Assembly: GCA_035495415.1 (NCBI GenBank)
Contig: DATJFY010000071.1
Location: 1,257 to 65,256 of the forward strand
Length of the DNA stretch: 64,000 bases
Direction: 5' to 3'
Source: Verrucomicrobiia bacterium
GTDB lineage: Bacteria; Methylomirabilota; Methylomirabilia; Rokubacteriales; CSP1-6
The number at the start of each line of letters is the position of its first letter. Within the stretch, counting starts at the first letter, position 1. Position numbers and translations under genes: made by a program. The notes below the pieces were generated by a model. The model was not told the DNA's origin. It ran no database searches and saw only the letters and a program-made list of their open reading frames with translations. This document shows positions 8,506-17,943 of the stretch, one piece after another.

Positions 8506-9498
8506 ATGCAGCACGTTCGCCTCGGCCGCACCGGTCTCACCGTCTCGCGCCTCTGCCTCGGCACCATGACGTTCGGGCTCCAGTGCGACGAGCCCACCTC
8601 GGTGGCCATCCTCGATCGCGCCGCCGCCGGCGGTATTACCTTCCTCGACACCTCCGACGTGTACCCGCTGGGCGGCGGCCTCGACACCGTGGGCCGCACC
8701 GAGGAGATCCTCGGGCGCTGGCTGGCCGGGCGGCGCCACGAGTTCATCGTCGCCACCAAGTGCAATGGCGCGATGAGCGCGAAGCGCTGGGATCGCGGCC
8801 TCTCGCGCAAGCACATTCTCGACGCCATCGAAGGCTCGCTGCGCCGCCTGCGCACGGACTACGTGGATCTCTATCAGTGCCATGCCCCCGATGACGAGAC
8901 GCCGATCGACGAGACCCTGCGCGCCTTCGACGACGTCGTGCGGGCGGGCAAGGTACGCTACATCGGCACCTCGAACTTCGTCACCTGGAAGATCGTGCGC
9001 GCCATGGGGCGGAGCGAGCTCCTCGGCGTCCCCCGCTTCGATTCCGCGCAGCCCCGCTACAACCTCCTCTTCCGACAGATCGAGCGCGATCTGCTCCCCA
9101 TGTGCAAGGAAGAGGGCGTGGGCGTGATCCCGTACAACCCGCTCGCGGGTGGGCTCCTCTCGGGCAAGCACCGGAAGGACGGCGGGCCCACCGCGGGCAC
9201 GCGCTTCACCCTCGGGAATGCCGCGCGCCGCTACCAGGACCGTTACTGGCACGACCGGGAGTTCGCGACGGTGGAAGCGCTGCGGCCGCTCGCCGCGGAG
9301 GCCGGCCTGTCCCTCGCCCGCATGGCGGTGGGCTGGGTGCTCGCGCATCCCGCGATCACCGCGCCCATCATCGGAGCCAGCCGCCCCGAGCAGCTCGACG
9401 ACGTGCTGCCGGTGGCCGAGAAGGGCATCGACGCCGAGCTCAAGGAGCGCCTCGACACCCTCACTTCCGAGTACCGACTCGGCGACGACGCCCGGTGA
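8506..9498 (+). CDS. Aldo/keto reductase
   Basis: 330 aa. LGRTGLTVSRLCLGTMTFG, DTSDVYP, DYVDLYQCHAPD, IPYNPLAGGLLSGK. Confidence 0.9.
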   Translation: MQHVRLGRTGLTVSRLCLGTMTFGLQCDEPTSVAILDRAAAGGITFLDTSDVYPLGGGLDTVGRTEEILGRWLAGRRHEFIVATKCNGAMSAKRWDRGLSRKHILDAIEGSLRRLRTDYVDLYQCHAPDDETPIDETLRAFDDVVRAGKVRYIGTSNFVTWKIVRAMGRSELLGVPRFDSAQPRYNLLFRQIERDLLPMCKEEGVGVIPYNPLAGGLLSGKHRKDGGPTAGTRFTLGNAARRYQDRYWHDREFATVEALRPLAAEAGLSLARMAVGWVLAHPAITAPIIGASRPEQLDDVLPVAEKGIDAELKERLDTLTSEYRLGDDAR

Positions 9499-9503
9499 CG
9501 GCC

Positions 9504-10457
9504 ATGACCCGCGTGGCCATCCTCGACGACTATCAAGACGTGGCGCTCGGGCTCGCCGACTGGAAGACTCTGCCCGCCGGCACCGAGGTGGTGGCGTTCC
9601 GCGAGCACCTGCACGAGCTGGACGCGGTGGCCAAGCGCCTCGCCGACTTCGACGTGGTGGTGGCGATGCGCGAGCGCACGGCGTTTCCGCGCCCGCTGCT
9701 GGAGAAGCTCCCCAAGCTGCGCCTGCTCGTCACCACCGGCATGCGCAACGCGTCCATCGACATGCAGGCCGCGGCGGACCGAGGCGTCACGGTGTGTGGG
9801 ACCTCGGGACTGCCGTATCCCACCGCGGAGCTCACCTGGGGCCTCGTCCTCGCGCTGTTCCGGCGCATCGCCGTCGAGGATCGGGCCACGCGCGAGGGAC
9901 AGTGGCAGACCACCCTGGGGCTCGGGCTCAACGGCAAGACGCTCGGGGTGATCGGGCTGGGCACGCTTGGCTCGCGAGTGGCGCGCTATGGGAAGGCGTT
10001 CGAGATGGAAGTGCTGGCGTGGAGCCAGAACCTGACCGCCGAGCGCGCGGCGGAGGCGGGCGCGACGCTGGTCGGCAAGGAGGAGCTGCTGCGACGTTCC
10101 GACGTGGTGAGCCTCCACCTCGTGCTGAGCGATCGCACGCGGGGCCTCCTCGGCGCCCGGGAGCTCGGTCTCATGAAGCGCACCGCGTATCTCGTCAACA
10201 CCTCCCGGGGGCCCATCGTGGACGAGGCGGCCCTCGTCCGGGCGCTCCAGGACGGCGCCATCGCCGGCGCCGGCCTCGACGTGTTCGAGCCGGAGCCGCT
10301 GCCGCTCGACCATCCCTTCCGCAAGCTGCCGAACACCGTGATCACCCCGCATCTGGGTTACGTGACCGAGGAGACCTACCGCGTGTTCTTCGGACACGCC
10401 CTCGAGGACGTGCAGGCCTTCCTGCGCGGGGCGCCGGTGCGGGTGCTCAAGCCGTAG
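9504..10457 (+). CDS. D-2-hydroxyacid dehydrogenase family protein
   Basis: ATG at 9504 inside ORF 9102..10457. GVIGLGTLGSRVARYG, NTSRGPIVDE, AGLDVFEPEP, TPHLGY. Confidence 0.9.
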   Translation: MTRVAILDDYQDVALGLADWKTLPAGTEVVAFREHLHELDAVAKRLADFDVVVAMRERTAFPRPLLEKLPKLRLLVTTGMRNASIDMQAAADRGVTVCGTSGLPYPTAELTWGLVLALFRRIAVEDRATREGQWQTTLGLGLNGKTLGVIGLGTLGSRVARYGKAFEMEVLAWSQNLTAERAAEAGATLVGKEELLRRSDVVSLHLVLSDRTRGLLGARELGLMKRTAYLVNTSRGPIVDEAALVRALQDGAIAGAGLDVFEPEPLPLDHPFRKLPNTVITPHLGYVTEETYRVFFGHALEDVQAFLRGAPVRVLKP

Positions 10458-10474
10458 CCGCGCTGCCGGCCCTC

Positions 10475-11098
10475 GTGCCCGCGTCCGCGAACGGCTGGGG
10501 CTTCACCCCGCGCGAGCTGCGCGCGCTCCGCGCGCTGCGCGATCCCGCAGGCGTGCAGCGCGTGCTTGACGCCATGCCGTATCACCTGTCGGCCACCGCG
10601 TGGTCGCCCCGCCGCGTGCTCCACGAGCGCACCGCGCACTGTCTCGAGGGGGCGATCTTCGCCGCCGCCGCCCTCCGGGTGCTGGGTTTTCCGCCGCTGC
10701 TGCTGGATCTCGAGGCGGTGCAGGACTCCGACCACGTGGTGGCGGTGTTCCGCGTCCGCGGCCACTGGGGCGCCATCGCCAAGTCGAACTTCTCGGGCCT
10801 GCGCTATCGAGAGCCGGTGTACCGCACGCCGCGCGAGCTGGCGATGAGCTACTTCGAGGACTACATGAACTTGCGGGGCGAGCGCACGCTCCGCGCGTTC
10901 TCGCGCCCGGTTGATCTCGCCGCCTTCGACCGCCGGCACCCGGGCTGGATGACGAGCGGCGGGGAGCTGTGGTGGATTGCCGAGCACCTGGTGGGCGTCC
11001 CGCATACGCGCCTGCTGAGCCGCTCCATGATTCGTGGGCTCTCCACGGTGGGACGCCGCTCGCTACGCGCCGGCCTCGTCGGGTACCGCACGCGCTGA
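10475..11098 (+). CDS. Hypothetical protein, transglutaminase-like/cysteine-peptidase-like fold
   Basis: Only the last ~207 codons of ORF 9149..11098 lie outside the upstream gene. GTG at 10475. Candidate Cys (RTAHCLEGAIFAAAALRVLG) and His (DSDHVVAVF) motifs. Confidence 0.5.
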   Translation: MPASANGWGFTPRELRALRALRDPAGVQRVLDAMPYHLSATAWSPRRVLHERTAHCLEGAIFAAAALRVLGFPPLLLDLEAVQDSDHVVAVFRVRGHWGAIAKSNFSGLRYREPVYRTPRELAMSYFEDYMNLRGERTLRAFSRPVDLAAFDRRHPGWMTSGGELWWIAEHLVGVPHTRLLSRSMIRGLSTVGRRSLRAGLVGYRTR

Positions 11099-11104
11099 AG
11101 CCGC

Positions 11105-11521
11105 TCAGAGCTCCATCGGCGGCCGTCTGAACCGGGCGCGCAGCCGGTTGATCGCGCCGAGCACCGCGGGGCGCCCCACCAGCCGCTGCACGAGCGCGCG
11201 CTTGCCCGGGAAGTCGAGCAAGATGATGCCGATCAGGATGGTGAGCAGCCCCTGCCCGGGCACGCCGGGCACGGAGAGGACCACGCCGAGCGCCACGAGG
11301 ACCAGGCCGAGCAGGTTCTTGCCGACCCGCCACGCCGCGCGCACGAGCGGGGAGCGCGGCCCCGCCGCCGCGGGGGCTCGGTGCGCGAAGTAGTCGGCGG
11401 GGAGCGAGACGAGCACCGCGGTGACCGCGGCGAGGCTCAGCAGGGACGAGGCGGCGAAGACGGCGGCGCCCCAGAGCACGCGCTCGGTCAGCGTGGTGCC
11501 TTCGAGCAGACCGCCGAGCAT
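11105..11521 (-). CDS. Small integral membrane protein (PGPGW-type)
   Basis: 138 aa with three or four hydrophobic segments and a VPGVPGQG motif. Confidence 0.6.
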   Translation of the reverse strand: MLGGLLEGTTLTERVLWGAAVFAASSLLSLAAVTAVLVSLPADYFAHRAPAAAGPRSPLVRAAWRVGKNLLGLVLVALGVVLSVPGVPGQGLLTILIGIILLDFPGKRALVQRLVGRPAVLGAINRLRARFRRPPMEL

Positions 11522-11542
11522 CGCGAGCGGGCCGCGACCGCC

Positions 11543-13573
11543 TCAGCGGGAGGCGGCCGCGACCTCGACGCGCGCGTCGTTGTAGCAAGCGCCGCCCGCG
11601 AGATCCGCGTGATGTGCAGGCGCGAGGGCGGACACCGTCTGGCCGTTGTCGCTGCTGCGGAGCCAGGCCCCCTTGAGCGACGAGACCACGCCGGGACGGA
11701 CCGCCTCGGTGATGCGCAGGGGCAGGCGCACCTCGCCAAGATCGTTCCACATGCGGACGAGGACGCCGTCGACGAGCCCGCGCGGCCGCGCGTCGTCGGG
11801 GTGCATCTCGATCGGCGGCGTGCCGTCGTTGGTGGAGAGGCCCCCGAACGTCGAGGTGATGCGCCGGTCCGACGCCGGCGTGATCAGAGCGAGCGGGTAG
11901 GCGCTCGCCACGGGGCGGAAGCTCGGGAGGCGCGCACCATACTTGCCCTCGAGGTACGGCGAGGCGAGCTCGATCTTTCCCGACGGCGTGCGCGGGGCCA
12001 CGTTGTGGAACATGCGGGCGGGCTCGCCCGCCACGTCCATCGATAGGGCGCGGTCGGGCGCCACGCGGCTGCCGACGAGGCCGCCCATGCGCGGGTCGGC
12101 GGCGTCGACGGCGTCATCCATGAGCGCTCGATCGTCGGCGCGGAAGATGAGATCGGTGAAGCCGAAGCGCGCGGCGAGCCGGCGGAAAATCTCCGTATTG
12201 GGGAGGGACTCGCCCTGAGGCGGGATCACCGCCTCCGCCCGCTGCAGCCAGTGCTGTCCGTAGGCGGGGTAGAGATCGCCGTACTCGAAGTGGCTGGAGG
12301 CGGGCAGCACGATGTCGCAGTAGGCGAGGCTGTCGGTCATGACCACATCGGCGCCCACGGTGAAGAGATCGTCGCGCGCGAGACCGCGGCGCATCCGGTT
12401 CTGGTCGGGATGGACGATGAGCGGGTTGTGGTTGTAAATGAACAGCGACTCGATGGGCGGGGCGAACGCGGGATCGAGGAGATGCCGGCCCACGTCGATG
12501 ATGTTCAGGGTGCGCGTGCCCGCGGGCACGAGGTCGGGGCGCTGGAGGCGGGCCACCGTCTTGGGAAACGCCTGGCTCGCGCCGTTGACCAGCCCGCCCC
12601 CGGGCGTGCCCCACTTCCCGGCGAGCGCGGGCAGGGCGAACACCGCACGGCAGCCGCTGCCGCCGTTCTGATTGCGCTCGAGCCCGTTGCCCACGCTGAT
12701 CGCCGCGGGGGAGAACGTGTGATACCACTCCGCGAGCCGGCGGATGTCCGTCTCCGCGACGCCGCAGATCCCCGCCGCGACCTCCGGCGGATAGCGCCGA
12801 GCCTCGGCCATGAACGCGTCGAAGCCCTCGACGTGGGCGGCGATGAAGTGCCGGTCGAGACCGCCGCGCCGCTCCAGCTCCACCGCGAGGGCCCAGGCGA
12901 GCACGACGTCGGTGCCGGGACGCAGCGCCACGTGGAGATCGGCCTGCTCGGCGAGCTTGATCCGCTTGGGATCGACCACGACGAGGCGCGCGCCCTGCTT
13001 CCGCGCCGCGTTGATCACCGGAGTGAGGTGGAGGTTACACCAGGTGACGTTGTTGCCCCAGACGATGATGAGACGGGCGTCGCGCGCCGCTTCCGGCCGG
13101 ATGCCGGGCACCGCGCCGTACGTCCCCATCCACGCCTCCGCGCGGACGCCGCCGCACAGGGGCTTGCGATCCAGGAGGGACGCTCCGAGCCGATGGAAGA
13201 ACCGCAGATCCATGGAGCCGCCCGCGAGCATGCCGTGCGGCCCCGCGTAGTTGAGGGGCAGGATCGCCTCGGGGCCGTGCGCGGCGATGATCGCGCTCCA
13301 GCGCTCGTGGATGACGTCGAGCGCTTCCGCCCAGCCGATGCGCTCGAACCGCCCCTCGCCCTTGGCTCCGGTGCGCCGGAGTGGCGTGAGCAGACGGCCC
13401 GGCCCGTGCACCCACTCGGGATAGGCGGCGGGGACCTTGGCGCACACCACCCCGGCGGTGTAAGGATTCGTCTTGGAGCCGCGGACGGCGACGACCCGCT
13501 CACCCTCCACCGTCACGGTGAGGCTGCAGGTGTCGGGGCAATCGAGGGGGCAGACGCTGGCGAGCTCGGGCAT
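11543..13573 (-). CDS. Molybdopterin (MopB superfamily) oxidoreductase, cytoplasmic
   Basis: 676 aa. N-terminal 4Fe-4S motif CPLDCPDTCSL. MopB-like sequence throughout (GPEAILPLNYAGPHG, IIVWGNN, VVVDPKR). SD GGAGGT upstream of the ATG. Confidence 0.9.
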   Translation of the reverse strand: MPELASVCPLDCPDTCSLTVTVEGERVVAVRGSKTNPYTAGVVCAKVPAAYPEWVHGPGRLLTPLRRTGAKGEGRFERIGWAEALDVIHERWSAIIAAHGPEAILPLNYAGPHGMLAGGSMDLRFFHRLGASLLDRKPLCGGVRAEAWMGTYGAVPGIRPEAARDARLIIVWGNNVTWCNLHLTPVINAARKQGARLVVVDPKRIKLAEQADLHVALRPGTDVVLAWALAVELERRGGLDRHFIAAHVEGFDAFMAEARRYPPEVAAGICGVAETDIRRLAEWYHTFSPAAISVGNGLERNQNGGSGCRAVFALPALAGKWGTPGGGLVNGASQAFPKTVARLQRPDLVPAGTRTLNIIDVGRHLLDPAFAPPIESLFIYNHNPLIVHPDQNRMRRGLARDDLFTVGADVVMTDSLAYCDIVLPASSHFEYGDLYPAYGQHWLQRAEAVIPPQGESLPNTEIFRRLAARFGFTDLIFRADDRALMDDAVDAADPRMGGLVGSRVAPDRALSMDVAGEPARMFHNVAPRTPSGKIELASPYLEGKYGARLPSFRPVASAYPLALITPASDRRITSTFGGLSTNDGTPPIEMHPDDARPRGLVDGVLVRMWNDLGEVRLPLRITEAVRPGVVSSLKGAWLRSSDNGQTVSALAPAHHADLAGGACYNDARVEVAAASR

Positions 13574-13645
13574 GCACGAACCTCCGTTCTGTTACCGCGC
13601 TTCAGAGTACACTAAGGTCACCAATCGTTGATGGGGGGTGCCGGC

Positions 13646-14662
13646 ATGCCTCAACCTCTGGTCACCATCGTCGTCGTGCCGCGCGAGCGGTTCAGCGTCA
13701 GCCAGCGGTCGCTCGAGGCCATCTACGCAAACACTGCACCCCCGTTCGACCTAGTGTACGTCGACGGCGGCTCGCCGTCGCGGATCCGCCGGTATCTCGC
13801 CGATCAGTCCCGGGCCCGAGGCTTCACGCTCGTACGCACTCCGCACCATCTCGTCCCCAATGCCGCGCGGAACCTCGGCGTACGCCACGTCCGGACGCGC
13901 TACGTCGCGTTCATCGACAACGACGCCGTGCCCGCGCCGGGCTGGCTGCCGGCGCTCGTCGAGTGCGCGGAGAGCACCGGCGCCTGGGTGGTGGGCCCGC
14001 TCTACTTCATCGGCGAGCCCGAAGCCCAGAGGATCCACATGGCCGCCGGCGATGCGCGCATCGAGGACCGGCCGAGCGGCCGGCGCTTCATCGAGCGCCA
14101 TCGATTCGCGGACAAGCGGCCCGACGAGGTGCGCGCTCAGCTGGTCCGTCAGCCCTGCGAGCACGTGGAGTTCCACTGCATGCTCGTGCGCACGGAGGTC
14201 TTCGAGCGGCTGGGCCCGCTCGACGAGCAGCTCAAGAGCATCGCCGAGCACACCGATCTCTGCCTGCTCGTGCGCCGTGAGGGCGGCACGGTGTACTTCG
14301 AGCCGGCGTCGGCGGTGACCTACATCACGAGCGGCGGCTTCACCGCGGCGGACTACGCCTACTTCGCCCGGCGCTGGAGCCGCGCCTGGAACCAGACGTC
14401 TCTCGAGCACTTCCGCACCAAGTGGGATCTGCCCCCCGGCGAGGCAGGGCTGGCCTCGATCGCGCGCTGGTCGGAGGCGCACCGCCACATCCCACTTCGG
14501 CCGATGCTCCGCGCGCTCGAGCGCGGGCTCGGGTGGCGATGCGGAGGCTGGCTGGGGCGTCGGCTCCTCGCCGTGGAGGGCCAGCTGAACCGCTGGTGGG
14601 AGCCGATTCCGGGCGGCGCCTCCCGCTCGGCCGGCCCCGTCGCGGAGCGCGCGAACGTCTGA
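13646..14662 (+). CDS. Glycosyltransferase family 2
   Basis: VTIVVVPRERFS..., VYVDGGSPS, AFIDNDAVPAPGWL (DxD-like). Alternative starts at 13628 and 13631. Confidence 0.8.
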   Translation: MPQPLVTIVVVPRERFSVSQRSLEAIYANTAPPFDLVYVDGGSPSRIRRYLADQSRARGFTLVRTPHHLVPNAARNLGVRHVRTRYVAFIDNDAVPAPGWLPALVECAESTGAWVVGPLYFIGEPEAQRIHMAAGDARIEDRPSGRRFIERHRFADKRPDEVRAQLVRQPCEHVEFHCMLVRTEVFERLGPLDEQLKSIAEHTDLCLLVRREGGTVYFEPASAVTYITSGGFTAADYAYFARRWSRAWNQTSLEHFRTKWDLPPGEAGLASIARWSEAHRHIPLRPMLRALERGLGWRCGGWLGRRLLAVEGQLNRWWEPIPGGASRSAGPVAERANV

Positions 14663-14665
14663 GCC

Positions 14666-15394
14666 ATGTTCACCTACGCCCAGACCAACCTGCAGCTCTA
14701 TCGGCAGCTCGAGGCGGAGGGCTACGCCGCCGTCGACGTCGAAACGGTGGCGCGGGCCCACGAAATGGCGCTGCGCCTCTTTCCCGGCATCTACCGCGGC
14801 TCCGGCAAGCCCTTCCTCTCCCATCTCGTGGGCACGGCGAGCGTGCTCGCGTCCCTTCGCGCGCGCGTCCCCCTGGTGATCACCGGCCTCCTCCACGCCG
14901 TCTACACCCATGGGGAGTTCGGCACTGGCTGGCGTGGCATGAGCGAGGTCAAGCGGGCGAAGGTCCGCGGGGACGTCGGGGAGGAGATCGAGGATCTGAT
15001 CGCGCGCTATACCCGGCTCACGTGGAAGCCGAAGACCCTCCCGGCCATTCGCGCGGGGCTCGACGCGATGAGCCCGCTCGAGCGGGACGTGGTGCTGGTG
15101 CGGTTGGCCAACGAGCTCGAGGATCACCTCGACCTGGGCATCCTCTATGCGGCGGACTACGAGCGCCGCCGCGCCTTCATGCAGACCGACCTCCCCGCGG
15201 TCGTGGAGATGGCGGAGCGCCTCGGCGCGCCCACCCTTGCCAAGGCGCTCGTCCAGACCTTCGCGGATGTTTCGAGCGCCCGCGTGAGCCTGGCGCTCCG
15301 CCGCCCGCACGACGAGTCGTTCCAGATCCCGCTCGCCTCGCATCGGCCCCGGCTCCGCGTGGCGTTGAGCCATCTCCTCGCCCGCTGGCGCTGA
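14666..15394 (+). CDS. Hypothetical protein with degenerate RelA/SpoT-type HD-domain-like N-terminus
   Basis: 242 aa. GSGKPFLSHLVGTASVL ... GLLHAVYTHGE resembles the SGEPY..HP..VA / LLHD pattern, but with HA in place of HD. Confidence 0.55.
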   Translation: MFTYAQTNLQLYRQLEAEGYAAVDVETVARAHEMALRLFPGIYRGSGKPFLSHLVGTASVLASLRARVPLVITGLLHAVYTHGEFGTGWRGMSEVKRAKVRGDVGEEIEDLIARYTRLTWKPKTLPAIRAGLDAMSPLERDVVLVRLANELEDHLDLGILYAADYERRRAFMQTDLPAVVEMAERLGAPTLAKALVQTFADVSSARVSLALRRPHDESFQIPLASHRPRLRVALSHLLARWR

Positions 15395-15408
15395 CCGGCT
15401 CGCCGAGC

Positions 15409-15438
15409 TTGACGCAGCGGGACGGCTCGGTCGATGAT
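15409..15438 (+). promoter_or_regulatory. Candidate sigma-70 promoter for the nitrile hydratase genes (TTGACG-N18-GATGAT)
   Basis: TTGACG at 15409..15414 and GATGAT at 15433..15438. SD GAGGAG lies 6 nt before the ATG at 15457. Confidence 0.3.
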
Positions 15439-15456
15439 GCCTGACGAGGAGAGCCC

Positions 15457-16146
15457 ATGGACGGCGTCCACGATCTCGGCGGCATGCACGGATTCGGCCC
15501 GGTGGAGCGAGAGGCGAACGAGCCCCCGTTCCACGAGCCGTGGGAAGCCGCCGTCTACGCCATCATGCGCGCGAGCCTGAGCACCGGGCAGTACAATCTC
15601 GACGAATTTCGTCATGGCGTCGAGCGGATGGACCCCGCGCACTATCTCCGCTCCGGTTACTACGAGCACTGGCTGGACGGTATCGCCCGTGTCCTGGTCG
15701 AGAAGGGCGTTGTGGCCAGCGACGAGCTCGCCGCGCGCACTGCGTTCTTCGCGGATCATCCCGACGCCCCGGCGACCGCGGCGGTGCGGGCCATGCCCGC
15801 CACGCCGCCTCCGCGCATCCGGTGGCTCGCCCTCGACTCCGAGCGCCCGGCCACGCAGGCGCCGCGCTTCGCGGTGGGCGACGCCGTCATCACGCGCAAC
15901 ATCCATCCGACCGGACACACGCGGCTCCCACGATATGCGCGGGGCAAGCGAGGCATGATCCACCGCCAGCACGGCGCCCATGTCTTCCCCGACAGCAACG
16001 CGCACGGCGGGGGCGAGCAGCCGCAGACGCTCTACAGCGTCCGCTTCGACGCGCGGGAGCTGTGGGGGCCCGCGGCGGAGCCGAACCAGCACGTCTACAT
16101 CGATCTCTGGGAGCCGTATCTCGAGCCGGGAGCCGCCCGTGGGTAA
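15457..16146 (+). CDS. nthB: Nitrile hydratase beta subunit
   Basis: 229 aa. Hallmark N-terminus [16 protein letters not shown]. Followed directly by the alpha subunit. Confidence 0.9.
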   Translation: MDGVHDLGGMHGFGPVEREANEPPFHEPWEAAVYAIMRASLSTGQYNLDEFRHGVERMDPAHYLRSGYYEHWLDGIARVLVEKGVVASDELAARTAFFADHPDAPATAAVRAMPATPPPRIRWLALDSERPATQAPRFAVGDAVITRNIHPTGHTRLPRYARGKRGMIHRQHGAHVFPDSNAHGGGEQPQTLYSVRFDARELWGPAAEPNQHVYIDLWEPYLEPGAARG

Positions 16147-16735
16147 GAACCATCCGAACGTCGACAAGTACGTGGTCTCGCGCGTGCGCGCGCTGGAATC
16201 CATCCTCCTCGAGAAAGGCATCCTGCCGCCCGACGCGGTGGACCGCGTGATCCAGCGCTACGAGGCCGACACCGGGCCGATGATCGGCGTGCGCGCGGTG
16301 GCCCGCGCGTGGATAGACCCGGCCTACAAGCAGCGGCTGCTCCAGGACCCGCGAGGCGCCCTCAAGGACTTCGGGCTCGACTACGAAGCGCTGCGCGTGG
16401 TCGAGAACACCCCGGCGGTGCACAACGTGGTCGTCTGCACCCTCTGCTCGTGCTACCCGTGGGCGGTAATGGGCCTTCCGCCCACCTGGTACAAGATGCC
16501 GGCCTATCGGTCCCGTACCGTGGCGGAGCCTCGCCGGGTACTGGCCGAGTTCGGGCTGAGCATTCCCGAGTCGCGCGAGATCCGCGTGTGGGACTCGAGC
16601 GCGGAGCTGCGCTACATGGTGCTGCCGGAGCGGCCCGCGGGCAGCCAGGCGATGGGCGAGGCGGAGCTGATCCCGCTCATCACGCGAGACGCCCTCATCG
16701 GCGTCGCCGACGTCCGGCTGTCCTCTCCGGCCTGA
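16139..16735 (+). CDS. nthA: Nitrile hydratase alpha subunit, cobalt type
   Basis: Metal-site motif [11 protein letters not shown] (Thr and Tyr variant is typical of Co-type). GTG at 16139 overlaps the beta stop (GTGGGTAA). Confidence 0.9.
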   Translation: MGKNHPNVDKYVVSRVRALESILLEKGILPPDAVDRVIQRYEADTGPMIGVRAVARAWIDPAYKQRLLQDPRGALKDFGLDYEALRVVENTPAVHNVVVCTLCSCYPWAVMGLPPTWYKMPAYRSRTVAEPRRVLAEFGLSIPESREIRVWDSSAELRYMVLPERPAGSQAMGEAELIPLITRDALIGVADVRLSSPA

Positions 16736-16746
16736 TCGCGCTCCCG

Positions 16747-17613
16747 ATGGGCTACGAGCGCCGCCGCAACCTCGTCATCCGTCCCGACGGCCGCCTCGTC
16801 AACGTCGCGCGGCCGCGCGGGCAGCTCTTCGTGTGCGCCAGTGGCTGCTGCTGCGGGCGCACCGAGGATGGCTTCGCCCCCGTCCCGACCGCGCTGTTCC
16901 ACGGCGAATGGGAGCGGCGGCGCCTTCGGAATCTCGTGCATCTCACCCTCGGCGGCTGCCTGGGGCCCTGCGCGCTCGCCAACGTCGCCCTGCTGCTGTT
17001 CGACGGCCAGGCGCAGTGGTTTCACTCGATGAATCGCGACGCGCTCGTCCTCGAGCTCTACGATCATGTGGAGCGGATGCTCGACGCGGACGGCGTGCTG
17101 GCCCCGCCGCCCGCCCTCGCCCCGTATCACTTCAGCGGCTCGGCGTGGCAGCCGCGGCCGGACGGGCTGCCCGTCGACGACCATCGCCCGCGGCGCCGGC
17201 CGTGCCCGTCCGAGCGTGGGAGCTCGAGCCTCGCCGAGCACACCTGCGCCGCCGGGCCCCCCGCGGACGAGTCCGGCGAGGGACGCGTCGAGCGGCTCAT
17301 CGCGGACATGAGCGGTGCGGCCGCGATGCCGCGCCGGAACGGTGAGCTGGTGTTTGCCGAGCCCTGGCAGGGGCGGGCATTCGGCATGGCGGTGGCGCTG
17401 TCCGAGAATGGCGCGTTCTCCTGGGAGGAGTTCCGTCAAGCGCTGATCGCGGAGATCGGCGTCGCCGAGCGCCGCGAGGGGCCTTTCGAGTATTACGAGG
17501 TGTGGCTCGCGACGTTCGAGCGGCTCCTTGCCACGAAGGGCCTCGTTTCCAGCGGCGAGCTCGACGAGACCGCATATCAGTTCGAGTTCGGCGAGCGCGA
17601 CGAGGTCTTCTGA
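16747..17613 (+). CDS. Nitrile hydratase accessory (activator) protein fused to an N-terminal Cys-rich thioredoxin-like-ferredoxin-type domain
   Basis: 288 aa. N-terminal part: GQLFVCASGCCCG...LTLGGCLGPCALANV. C-terminal part: ELVFAEPWQGRAFGMAVALSENGAFSWEEFRQALIAEI...YYEVWLATFERLL, resembling NHase beta-homolog accessory proteins. Confidence 0.75.
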   Translation: MGYERRRNLVIRPDGRLVNVARPRGQLFVCASGCCCGRTEDGFAPVPTALFHGEWERRRLRNLVHLTLGGCLGPCALANVALLLFDGQAQWFHSMNRDALVLELYDHVERMLDADGVLAPPPALAPYHFSGSAWQPRPDGLPVDDHRPRRRPCPSERGSSSLAEHTCAAGPPADESGEGRVERLIADMSGAAAMPRRNGELVFAEPWQGRAFGMAVALSENGAFSWEEFRQALIAEIGVAERREGPFEYYEVWLATFERLLATKGLVSSGELDETAYQFEFGERDEVF

Positions 17614-17733
17614 CGCGCGCCTCGCGGCCGTGTGGGCCGAGCAACAAAGCTGGAGGCCCAGGCAGCAGGGGCAGATTCTCCCCAACCTACGCTTGGCCTC
17701 GTGGACTCGCGCACTTGGCCGCGGGCGCCGCCG

Positions 17734-17749
17734 TGGCACCCCGCTTGCT
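17734..17749 (+). promoter_or_regulatory. Sigma-54 (-24/-12) promoter TGGCACCCCGCTTGCT
   Basis: Matches TGGCAC-N5-TTGCW with exact GG-to-GC spacing. Lies 49 nt upstream of a small ORF with a strong SD. Confidence 0.6.
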
Positions 17750-17797
17750 CCTCCTGGGGGCATGTGGCAGTCAACCGGAACCCCCAAGGAGGCCGTC

Positions 17798-17899
17798 ATG
17801 GCCAAGAGAATGAACGTCGCGAAGCTCTGCTGGACGGTGATGGCGCTGGGCGCGGTGATGTTCCTCACGCACTCGGCCATCCTCGCCTTCGCTCGCTAA
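17798..17899 (+). CDS. Small (33 aa) single-TM membrane protein
   Basis: MAKRMNVAKLCWTVMALGAVMFLTHSAILAFAR. SD AAGGAGG lies 7 nt upstream of the ATG. GC3-rich codons. Followed by an intrinsic terminator. Confidence 0.55.
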   Translation: MAKRMNVAKLCWTVMALGAVMFLTHSAILAFAR

Positions 17900-17943
17900 G
17901 ACCACTCCGGGTCGCGCCACCGCCGCGTGACCTGCGCTCGATA

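Noticed and set aside
9149-10474. Long N-terminal extension of the 649-aa ORF 9149..11098
   Set aside because: This part overlaps the AKR and 2-hydroxyacid dehydrogenase genes in another frame and is Arg/Pro/Gly-rich. Only the portion after the GTG at 10475 is free of overlap and looks like a real protein.
17661-17674. Shared G-rich motif CAGC(A)GGGGCAG upstream of two sigma-54 promoters (also 23431..23444) as a common UAS
   Set aside because: The match needs an indel and is G/C-rich in a GC-rich genome. The second copy may simply be part of a hairpin after the EBP gene. It is worth testing but not supportable from sequence alone.
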